Shown here: piece after piece, positions 10,226 to 18,435 of the stretch
How positions within the stretch are numbered: position 1 is the stretch's first letter
Layout: every line of letters begins with the position of its first letter
DNA from: Verrucomicrobiota bacterium
Lineage (GTDB): Bacteria > Verrucomicrobiota > Verrucomicrobiia > Opitutales > Seribacteraceae
DNA length: 64,000 bases
Assembly: GCA_027622665.1 (NCBI GenBank)
Contig: JAQBYT010000002.1
Location: 64,001 to 128,000 of the forward strand
Direction: 5' to 3'
The notes under the pieces: generated by a model
What the model was told of the DNA's origin: nothing
What the model saw: only the letters and a program-made list of their open reading frames with translations
The model's database searches: none
Position numbers and translations under genes: made by a program

Positions 10226-11431
10226 ATGACTACTGCCATTAAAAACTTCCACCTGATCGTTTTCTATTTTTCTTTATCCAAGCTCTGCTTGCTTAGCTAC
10301 GGGGCCGGGGCCTTGCAGTTTCGCGTTCAGCAATTGTACAAGGACAATGTCGAGTCTTGTGCCGTGGGGGATATTGACAAGGACGGCGATCTCGATGTCG
10401 TTGCTGGCGAACGATTTTACCTGAATCCGGAATGGAAACCGATCAAGTTCCGGAGCATTAAGCCTTTTGGCAAAGACTACATGCAGGACAACGGAGATTA
10501 CGTTTATGATGTCAACGGCGACGGTTGGCTGGATGTCGTAGCCGGTCAGTTTACGGTTTCCCCCTTGCTCTGGTTCGAGAATCCAGGAGAAAAGACCTTG
10601 GGCGGCGGCAAACTATGGAAGCAGCACACATTGGTGGATACCGGGGTGGGTCACAACGAGATCATCTTTTTTCGGGACATGGACGGCGATGGGGTACCCG
10701 AGTACATCGCAAATAGCTGGAATAGTAAAAACCCTATGTTGATTTGGAAGTTTTCAAAAGTCGATGGCGTACCAACTATGACTAAAAGTGTCGTTTCGGA
10801 GTCGGGCAATGGTCATGGACAAGGTTATGGCGACGTGAATGGGGATGGTCTGGAAGACATTGTATTCATGCAAGGTTGGTACGAACGCCCCGCCAAGAAT
10901 GCCTTCGGACAGACTTGGAAGTGGCATAAGGATTTTACGCTGCCTCATGCCAGTTGCCCTATCTTGGTCCTTGATTTGAACAAGGATGGCAGAAACGATA
11001 TGATATGGGGCAATGGTCATAATTATGGGCTGTATTGGCATGAACAACTCCAACCGAGCGAGGGAGGTAAGACCGTTTGGAAACATCATTTGATCGACAA
11101 GAATATCAGCCAGTTTCACGCCTTGGCTTGGGAAGACTTGAACAACGACGGCAACCCCGAGATCATTACCGGCAAGCGCTACTATGCCCACAGTGGAACA
11201 GATGCAGGGGCCAAGGATGAGATTGTGATCGTTTATTACCAGCCTCGTTTGGCTGAAGACGGGACGGTTACCTTTCAAAAGGAAATTGCCCACAAGGGCC
11301 AAGCGGGAACGGGTCTACAGATTCTTGTTGCCGACCTCAACGGAGACCGTTGGAAGGAGATTATCGTGCCCGGCAAGTCAGGTACTCATATTCTCTGGAA
11401 CAAGGGAACGCTCTCGACCCCGAAGGAGTAA
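10226..11431 (+). CDS. FG-GAP/VCBS-repeat secreted beta-propeller protein
   Basis: Repeated DxDxDGxxD motifs (GDIDKDGDLD, DVNGDGWLD, DMDGDGVPE, DVNGDGLED, DLNKDGRND, DLNNDGNPE, DLNGDRWKE). Confidence 0.87.
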   Translation: MTTAIKNFHLIVFYFSLSKLCLLSYGAGALQFRVQQLYKDNVESCAVGDIDKDGDLDVVAGERFYLNPEWKPIKFRSIKPFGKDYMQDNGDYVYDVNGDGWLDVVAGQFTVSPLLWFENPGEKTLGGGKLWKQHTLVDTGVGHNEIIFFRDMDGDGVPEYIANSWNSKNPMLIWKFSKVDGVPTMTKSVVSESGNGHGQGYGDVNGDGLEDIVFMQGWYERPAKNAFGQTWKWHKDFTLPHASCPILVLDLNKDGRNDMIWGNGHNYGLYWHEQLQPSEGGKTVWKHHLIDKNISQFHALAWEDLNNDGNPEIITGKRYYAHSGTDAGAKDEIVIVYYQPRLAEDGTVTFQKEIAHKGQAGTGLQILVADLNGDRWKEIIVPGKSGTHILWNKGTLSTPKE

Positions 11432-11718
11432 TAGAAATCAATTAGTTGCTTGTACTCTTTTGCTCGGGCACTTTTCGGAGTTTATTTTAGTTGGTTAAAT
11501 CGGGATCGTTTAGAGTTTTGTCTCATGGTAACTTGGATTATCGGACAAGACGATGACGTCGACGGCACATCATATTTTTTTCAATAGCTCTTTTCACTTA
11601 TTCCTTATTTGCTTCAATTTCACTCTTATCTTATAGGCGACAAGCAGATTCTTGACAGGTTTTTTCAAGGATTCTCAATCGGACATTGCAATAATCGAGG
11701 TTTAACTTTCTTCCCCTT

Positions 11719-12582
11719 ATGATCAATTCCATCGTAACTCATCCGGGTGGTGCCCACAAAGACGAGTTTCTTGCTTGTGCCGTCCTTCTGTCTAAAGACT
11801 CCCTGCCCATCTATCGTCGCGAACCGAACGAAGTCGACCTAGCTGATGAAACCATCGCCGTTCTCGATGTGGGAGGCGAACACGATCCGGAACGCAGCAA
11901 CTTCGATCATCACCAGTTCCCCCGTGACATGGAACCGACCTGTGCCTTGTCCCTCGTGCTGCAACACCTTGGACTATACGAGGATGCTCGTGAATTCTGC
12001 TCCTGGTTGGAAGTCGCGGAGTGGTTTGATTGCCGAGGACCAAACGACACGGCGGAGTGGCTCGGGGTTGATCGCGAGATCATGGGTAAACTGAATTCAC
12101 CCCTCGACATCACTTTATTACAGAGTTTCGGTAAACAGACCGAGCACCATCCGGGTGAGCCCATTTGGGAGGTGATGAGAATGATCGGAACCGACTTGGT
12201 CGGATACCTGACTTCTTTGCGTTCGCGTTTGGATTTCGTTGCCCAACATTGCGAAGTCTGGACGATGAAGGAAGGAGATGGCGGCTGGAAAGTTCTTTTT
12301 TTGCCTTACACGGAATCCTCTCCGGAAGAAGCTTCCGGTGTATTGGGTTGGCACGTCAAGGCGCTAGGGTTGGAGGATCAGGTTCTTGCCTTGGTCTATC
12401 CCGACAGCCGGGGAGAAGGCTACGGGATGCGGCGTTTCAATGACGATCAACGCCTTGACTTCAGCCAACTGGAGGAAGAAGCGGACATACGATTCGCCCA
12501 CGCCCGAGGATTCATCGCCAAGACTTCAAGCACGGAGGTCGAAAGATTGAAAACTCTCGTATTGAAAGCGTATCGAGCATAA
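11719..12582 (+). CDS. MYG1-family (UPF0160) metal-dependent hydrolase/exonuclease
   Basis: IVTHPGGAHKDE, LDVGGEHDP..NFDHHQ, FAHARGFIAKT. Confidence 0.85.
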   Translation: MINSIVTHPGGAHKDEFLACAVLLSKDSLPIYRREPNEVDLADETIAVLDVGGEHDPERSNFDHHQFPRDMEPTCALSLVLQHLGLYEDAREFCSWLEVAEWFDCRGPNDTAEWLGVDREIMGKLNSPLDITLLQSFGKQTEHHPGEPIWEVMRMIGTDLVGYLTSLRSRLDFVAQHCEVWTMKEGDGGWKVLFLPYTESSPEEASGVLGWHVKALGLEDQVLALVYPDSRGEGYGMRRFNDDQRLDFSQLEEEADIRFAHARGFIAKTSSTEVERLKTLVLKAYRA

Positions 12583-12639
12583 CAACGACTCACCGTTCCT
12601 GAATGTTTCTCCGTATGTGCAATTTGAATAGAGTGTCGA

Positions 12640-14583
12640 TCAGTTGTCGGCCTCGAGTTTGAGAAGATTTTCGGTTTCTATATCCCACTCGTAATTTTTT
12701 TCGCTCAAATTTTTCGCTATACGAGCGGCTTTAATGTTCAGCTCCTTCGCCTTGTCGGGGTCGGAATAGGAATCCGGGTCTTCCAATAGTTTGGTTATTT
12801 CTGCTTGATCTCCCTCCAAGGCTAAAATTTCTGATTCAATTTTGGCTACACCTTTTTCAAATTTCTTTCGTTTTGCTGACTCGATTTTTCTTTTTTCTGC
12901 TCCGAGCCGTCTTCTTTCCTTGGCGTTGACCACCCTTGTCTTCTCGCTTGGTTTCTTTGAAGCTTCAGGACTGGCGTTCCTCAGTCCTGCGACTAATCCC
13001 CCCTGCTCAGAAGTTGCTCCTGATTTTCTAAGGTAATAATCGTAATCCCCGGAGTAGGCGGTGGTTTTCCCCGTCTCGATTTGTATAGTGTGCTTGGCGA
13101 CCGCTCGAATGAAGTGCACGTCATGACTCACGAATACGATAGTCCCCGTATAGCTTTGGAGAGCTTTGATGAAGGCATCGATACTCGGCATGTCGAGGTG
13201 TGTGGTCGGCTCGTCCAAGAGGAGCAGGTTGGGAGGGGCGAGCAGCAACTTGATCAAGGCCAAGCGACTTTTTTCACCTCCGCTCAAGACTTTCACTTTC
13301 TTGAAGACATCGTCGCCCCGAAAAAGGAACGCTCCCATGAGTGTTCGAACATTCACCTCGGTCATGTCGTTCTTGACTCGTTCCATGGCTTCTTCCAATG
13401 CGGTTCGTTCGAGATCCAGCACATCGACCCGTTGCTGGGAAAAATAACCTACCTCGACATTGTGCCCGAGTTCGCAAGTCCCGCCTTCAATGGGTATTAT
13501 GTTGCCTAGTATTTTGAGAAGGGTAGATTTCCCCGCCCCGTTTGGTCCCACCAGCACAATGCGCTGGTGTTTTTCGATTTCCAGATCGAGGTTCTTGTAG
13601 ACCACGAGGTCCCCATAGGCTTGTCGGACGTTTTTGCAGGTGGCTACCCTTTGGCCGCTGCGCTGAGGTTGGGGAAATTGAAAGGCGATGGTGGCTTCCG
13701 CGCTTTCGGGAGCCTCAATACGCTCCATCTTTTCCAGTTGCTTGATTCGGGCCTGGGCCTGCGTCGCCTTGGAGGCCTTTGCGCGGAAGCGCCTGACGAA
13801 TGACTCCAGATGCTCGATCTCGCGCTGCTGGTTTTGGTAGGCGGCCAGATGCTGGGCTTCGCGTTCGGCTTTTTGCACGAGGTAGTTTTCGTAATTGCCG
13901 TTGTAGCGATGAAGCTTTCTGTGACTGATCTCGACTATGCCGTCGCAGATTGCATTGAGGAATTCACGATCGTGCGAAATGGTGAGTATGGCCCCGGTGT
14001 ATCGCTTTAATTGACCTTGAAACCAGCCCAGCGTTTCGAGGTCCAGGTGATTGGTTGGCTCATCCAGCATCAGCAGATCCGGTTCCATCACCAACAAGCG
14101 GGCGATGTGGACTCGCATGATCCAGCCACCGCTCAAGGAGTTTGCAGGTTTATCGAAATCCTCGGGGCGGAAGGCAAGTCCTGCGAGGATGCGTTTGGCT
14201 TTGGCTTCCAGGTTGTGCCCGTCTAGTTCGACGAATTTCTCCAGGGCTTCCAACCTTTCCGGAGAATGAGGTTCGGGGTGGTCACGGAGATTTTTTATTA
14301 TTCCCTCCATGGTCGGAGAAATTGAAGTGGCTAATTCGACTACTGTTTCTCCTCTGGTCGGCGCGCTTTCTTGAGGGAGAAAGCCTATTCGCGTGCCACG
14401 TTCCAACTCTATTTTCCCATCGTCAGATTCGGTCTCTCCCAAGATAATCGAGAACAGCGTGGTTTTTCCCGTGCCGTTTGGACCCACGAGACCAAGTCGT
14501 TCGCCGCGCAAAAGGCGAAGGGAAATCTTGGTAAACAGGGTTTGAGGCCCGAAACCCTTACTGATTTTTGATACGGTTAGCAT
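12640..14583 (-). CDS. ABC-F family ATP-binding protein (translation-associated, YheS/Uup-like)
   Basis: Two ABC domains (GPNGTGKT/LSGGW/LDEPTNHLD; GPNGAGKS/LSGGEK/LDEPTTHLD), no TM segments, C-terminal coiled coil. Confidence 0.95.
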   Translation of the reverse strand: MLTVSKISKGFGPQTLFTKISLRLLRGERLGLVGPNGTGKTTLFSIILGETESDDGKIELERGTRIGFLPQESAPTRGETVVELATSISPTMEGIIKNLRDHPEPHSPERLEALEKFVELDGHNLEAKAKRILAGLAFRPEDFDKPANSLSGGWIMRVHIARLLVMEPDLLMLDEPTNHLDLETLGWFQGQLKRYTGAILTISHDREFLNAICDGIVEISHRKLHRYNGNYENYLVQKAEREAQHLAAYQNQQREIEHLESFVRRFRAKASKATQAQARIKQLEKMERIEAPESAEATIAFQFPQPQRSGQRVATCKNVRQAYGDLVVYKNLDLEIEKHQRIVLVGPNGAGKSTLLKILGNIIPIEGGTCELGHNVEVGYFSQQRVDVLDLERTALEEAMERVKNDMTEVNVRTLMGAFLFRGDDVFKKVKVLSGGEKSRLALIKLLLAPPNLLLLDEPTTHLDMPSIDAFIKALQSYTGTIVFVSHDVHFIRAVAKHTIQIETGKTTAYSGDYDYYLRKSGATSEQGGLVAGLRNASPEASKKPSEKTRVVNAKERRRLGAEKRKIESAKRKKFEKGVAKIESEILALEGDQAEITKLLEDPDSYSDPDKAKELNIKAARIAKNLSEKNYEWDIETENLLKLEADN

Positions 14584-14893
14584 ATTAGAGGGGCAGAGGT
14601 TCGATAAACCACGCATATAGGCAAAGCAAAAAACCTTTTATTTACGATCCCATGGACAGTTTCTATTGAAATTAGGTTTATTTCAGATTGGCTTTTAAAT
14701 ATTGAGATGAAAGACCTCGGTGAAGTCGATAACCTGTAGGCCGAATATCCGAAGAAGGGGTACATCCCGTGTTTGTTCGAAGATAAATACTCCGACAAAG
14801 TTCTAATTCTCTATCCGGCCACTATTTACAATATATCGTTCCTGTCTCTAAGCATGGAGGCCGAATCTCGAACTCCCTCAACGATACAAAACT

Positions 14894-15140
14894 ATGAAAA
14901 CCATTATCCATACTTTTTCCCTACTCCTGCTGATATTCGCCGTCATCACTCCGGCCTTTGCTGCAGGCAACGCAAAGAAGAAAAAGCCTTCGGGAGTATC
15001 CATCAAAGCGCCAAAGGGCGTTGAGTTGACAGCCGATCAGCAGACCAAGCTGAATGCCTTGAACAAGGAATTCGGCCCCCGATTCGCCGCCTGCCGCAAA
15101 GAAGCCTCAGGAATAATTACCGCAGACCAAAAGAAAGCCC
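14894..15140 (+). pseudogene. 5' fragment of secreted helical LTxxQ-motif (Spy/CpxP-like) protein
   Basis: Signal peptide then LTADQQTKLNAL...IITADQKKAR; the frame turns into nonsense after ~15140. Confidence 0.65.
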
Positions 15141-15473
15141 GGCACCAGTTCCTCCATCGTCGAGCTGGTCGATTTGTTCCCCACCGCCTGCGATGCTACC
15201 GGATTGCCTATTCCCCAAGGGGTGCAAGGCAAGAGTCTCCTCCCCGTATTGGAAAACCCGAAGGCAACGGTCAAGGAAGCTGCCTTCTCCTTTGTTGGCA
15301 AGGGCACTTCGATGCGCACCTCGAAGTGGGCTTGCATGAAATATGGCGACGGCTCCGAGGAACTATACGATATGAAGAAGGATCCCAAGCAGTTCGTTAA
15401 CTTGGCCAAATCCACTCAGCATGCCAAGGCGCTCACGTCCATTCGCAAGCAATTTCAAGCCGCCCGCAAGTAA
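15138..15473 (+). pseudogene. 3' fragment of a sulfatase
   Basis: PGTSSSIVELVDLFPT..D.TGL.IP..VQGKSLLPVL...EELYDMKKDPKQFVNLA; no start or N-terminal core. Confidence 0.82.
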
Positions 15474-15492
15474 TACGGGTGGGGCCCCTTTG

Positions 15493-16188
15493 TTACTTCA
15501 GCGGAGTGATCTTTATATTGCGGTAGGCGACGGGTCCGTGGTCCCCTTGGAACATAATGGGTCCCTTGGCCATTTCCTTGCCGGTCAATCCTCCGGGTGT
15601 GGGCTTCGGTAGCTCCACCTTTTCCTGAATCACCTTGCCGTTGAGAACTACCTTCTCGACGTGGGCATTCTTGACCTTCTTGCCGTCCTTGTACTTTGGG
15701 GCATGGAAAACGATTTCGTACTTTTGCCATTCGCCGGGCTTTTTGCTGGCATTCATAGCGGGTGGTTTGGCCCCGTATATGGCTCCCATGTCGCCCATCC
15801 CGAGCTTGGTCCGCCCATGGCTGTCCAGTACTTGGATTTCGTATTCTCCATGAAGATAGATACCTGAGTTCGAACCCTTCGGCACCATGATCTCAAGTTC
15901 GATTCGAGCATCGCCGTAAGTGAAGGTGGAGTAGATGTCGAGGCTCTTGCCGGCGGTTTTTGACGGAGCGTTTACCATTTCGCCGGCGCCATCCTTAACA
16001 ATTAATTCATTTGGGTTTTCGGGATGTACTGCGGCGACGCCGACTGACCAACAATCCTTATTCTTGCCTCGAGGCTTTGTCTTCCAGTCATCAAGATCCT
16101 TGCCATTGAAGGGCGAAGCGGCTTGGGAATGGGAGATCAAGATTAGCGAACCGATGAACGCCCTTAGTAAAAGTCGGATTTTTTTCAT
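15493..16188 (-). CDS. DUF1080 (3-keto-glycoside hydrolase-like) secreted protein
   Basis: FNGKDLDDW, NSGIYL..EYEIQVLD, GEWQKYEI, GPIMFQGDHGPVAYRNIKI. Confidence 0.88.
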   Translation of the reverse strand: MKKIRLLLRAFIGSLILISHSQAASPFNGKDLDDWKTKPRGKNKDCWSVGVAAVHPENPNELIVKDGAGEMVNAPSKTAGKSLDIYSTFTYGDARIELEIMVPKGSNSGIYLHGEYEIQVLDSHGRTKLGMGDMGAIYGAKPPAMNASKKPGEWQKYEIVFHAPKYKDGKKVKNAHVEKVVLNGKVIQEKVELPKPTPGGLTGKEMAKGPIMFQGDHGPVAYRNIKITPLK

Positions 16189-16269
16189 ATTGTCGGTGAA
16201 GTTAATGTAGATGTAATTCACGGAATCTTGGAATGCGGCGATCCGCTTGTCGATTCCTCACTTGCGTTT

Positions 16270-16329
16270 AATGATTAATCATTTTGGCAGACTGAATGAT
16301 TTTTTCGGTTCTATCCCACTTGCCAAGTG
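16270..16329. promoter_or_regulatory. Candidate operator palindromes between divergent DUF1080 genes
   Basis: Perfect AATGATTAATCATT (16270-16283) and CACTTG-c-CAAGTG (16317-16329). Confidence 0.4.
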
Positions 16330-16355
16330 AGTGCAGGCAATTAGGATCGATTATT

Positions 16356-17090
16356 ATGAAAGCACTTCTTCTCGTCTCCCCGAAAACCTTCCTCCTCGCC
16401 ATTCTGGCCTTTTCTATAGCTTCCGTTGCACCTGCAGTCGAGATACCGAAGTGGGTCGACCTTTTCAACGGCAAGGACCTCGCCGGGTGGGTCGACGTCA
16501 ACACTTCGCCCGACACGTGGTACGTCAAGGACGGCATGCTGATCTGCAAGGGGAAGCCCATCGGCGTGATGCGGAGTGAGAAACAGTACGAGAACTTTTT
16601 GTTGCACGTCGAGTGGCGGCACATGGAACCGGGGGGTAATTCCGGCATCTTTGCTTGGAGCGACGCCATCCCTTTCGGCAACCGGTTGCCCAAGGGCTTG
16701 GAGATCCAGATGCTCGAACTCGATTGGGTCAAACTGCACACCCGCAAGGGCAAAGCTCCTCCTCCCATCGCTTACGTCCATGGCGAGCTCTTCGGGGCGG
16801 GTGGTCTCAAGGCGACTCCCGACAACCCGCGTGGCAGTCGGAGTAAGTCCCTCGAGAACCGTTGCAAGGGGAGGGGAGAGTGGAATGTTTACGACGTCGT
16901 CTGCGTGGACGGCGTGGTCAAGCTCTCGGTAAACGGCAAGTTCGTCAACGGCATCCGCAACGTAGAGTACAAGAAAGGCTACCTTTGCCTTGAGTCGGAA
17001 GGAGCCGAGATCCACTTTCGCAACCTGAAGATCATGGAACTTCCTCCGGGGATTACCTCCCCCGAGCAAACCGCTCCCTTGGTGAAGTGA
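16356..17090 (+). CDS. DUF1080 secreted protein
   Basis: [45 protein letters not shown]. Confidence 0.88.
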   Translation: MKALLLVSPKTFLLAILAFSIASVAPAVEIPKWVDLFNGKDLAGWVDVNTSPDTWYVKDGMLICKGKPIGVMRSEKQYENFLLHVEWRHMEPGGNSGIFAWSDAIPFGNRLPKGLEIQMLELDWVKLHTRKGKAPPPIAYVHGELFGAGGLKATPDNPRGSRSKSLENRCKGRGEWNVYDVVCVDGVVKLSVNGKFVNGIRNVEYKKGYLCLESEGAEIHFRNLKIMELPPGITSPEQTAPLVK

Positions 17091-17202
17091 CTTTTCGGAC
17101 TGTCCTGACCATTCCCTTCTGTTTCTTGCCGCTCGTCCTTGCGGCGTCAGACGAGAATGGTTCCCGATCGCCCAACGTTGTCTTTTCCTAGCCGACGACC
17201 TC
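17087..17202 (+). pseudogene. Frameshifted 5' remnant of a sulfatase
   Basis: GTG overlapping upstream [36 protein letters not shown] then, with one T restored, FLADDL (sulfatase N-terminal motif); ends abruptly. Confidence 0.65.
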
Positions 17203-18342
17203 GCATCCACGGATCGAAGAGCATCCTAACGCCTCGCCGACCGGTTGACTGGGCGAGCCTAAGATTTTGGTTTTTTGGGGGGCGGGACCTATGCTTCCGC
17301 CGGAAATGAATTTTGCCGGAGTATGAATTTTTTTTCGGTCGGGCTTTCCTTTGCTCACGGCGGATGCCCAACGTAATATACGCTTACTAACCGCGGCAGA
17401 GTTCCATCGCATATGAGCTATGCCGAGGTGGCACCAAGTAAGTGACTCGTAGTCGGTTGAAACCAGTGATACTTCCTCCGGCACCTTGATGCCGCGCTGC
17501 AGCAGAAACTGCATGGCGGCGATCAAACGAGGTTCTTCATCGATGATCATCGCAGTGGGCGGTGTTGTACGAAAGAGCGCCTCTAGTAAATGTAAGAATC
17601 CCTCGGGAGTCTCTTCCCAGTCCGGGAGGTTGAAGTCACCCGTTTTTATGCCGTTGGACTCCAGTTCTTCAAGGAAAGCGCGTTCGCATCTGCCGGGCGA
17701 GGGCTTTCTGCGTGGACTCAAAGTGATCAGCGTAATTCGTCTATGACCTAGATCAATTAGGGATCGGGTGGCAGCCTTGAATGCCGGAAGTTTGTCGGGT
17801 CCCGCACTAGCTATGCGATGGTCGCCTTTTCTGCCGAAAAGAGCCATGCAGGGAACGGACTGTTCGGCGAACCATTCCAACAGTTTGTATGAACCCGCTG
17901 ACACGATCCATGCATCTGCAGGGTTCTCCGTGATGTGGTTAGTTATCCGACCGACGTCGTGCTGAAGCTCGACTTGTGATTTTTGGGCGAAAAATGACAC
18001 ATGACCCACTGCTTCCAGGTCGCTCCGAATCTGGTGGACCAGATTGTCCGTTTGGACATGGTGATTCATCGGTGGATCGTGGGGGAGAATGCAAACCCTC
18101 AAGCCTTTGCTGATTGAACTGGATTTAACTATCTCGCGGCTTCGACCTTTTCCTCTTGAGACCAGCAAACCTTTTTTTTCGAGTTGTAGGATGGCGGAAC
18201 GAATGGTCGGAGGCGAGACATCGAGTTCTTCGGCCAATCGCTCCACGCCAGGTAACTTTCTGACCCAACGCCCCGTACGAAATCCTTCTCGCAAGTGAAT
18301 TTCCGTTTGTTCCGAAAGGGTTAATCGAGCCAGCGGTTTCAT
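17188..18342 (-). CDS. Transcriptional regulator: GntR-type wHTH plus LacI-type periplasmic-binding-fold sensor domain
   Basis: LPGVERLAEELDVSPPTIRSAILQLEKKGLL; LIDLGHRRI, PTAMII, RGIKVPEEVSLV. Confidence 0.85.
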   Translation of the reverse strand: MKPLARLTLSEQTEIHLREGFRTGRWVRKLPGVERLAEELDVSPPTIRSAILQLEKKGLLVSRGKGRSREIVKSSSISKGLRVCILPHDPPMNHHVQTDNLVHQIRSDLEAVGHVSFFAQKSQVELQHDVGRITNHITENPADAWIVSAGSYKLLEWFAEQSVPCMALFGRKGDHRIASAGPDKLPAFKAATRSLIDLGHRRITLITLSPRRKPSPGRCERAFLEELESNGIKTGDFNLPDWEETPEGFLHLLEALFRTTPPTAMIIDEEPRLIAAMQFLLQRGIKVPEEVSLVSTDYESLTWCHLGIAHMRWNSAAVSKRILRWASAVSKGKPDRKKIHTPAKFISGGSIGPAPQKTKILGSPSQPVGEALGCSSIRGCEVVG

Positions 18343-18400
18343 TGCTTTAACTACTCAATATATGTCACTAGTTTGGGTCAATGTAAATGTTCTCTATCAG

Positions 18401-18428
18401 TTGACGAAAACGTTTGATTGGATACTTT
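18401..18428 (+). promoter_or_regulatory. Possible sigma70 promoter for the 18.4 kb operon (near-leaderless)
   Basis: TTGACG-N16-TACTTT ending 7 nt before ATG 18436; no Shine-Dalgarno. Confidence 0.3.
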
Positions 18429-18435
18429 CACTAAA

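Noticed and set aside
11432..11718. ncRNA, riboswitch or short basic peptide (MKRAIEKNMMCRRRHRLVR, minus strand) in the AT-rich gap
   Set aside because: No recognisable conserved structure, and the peptide is too short to support without homologs
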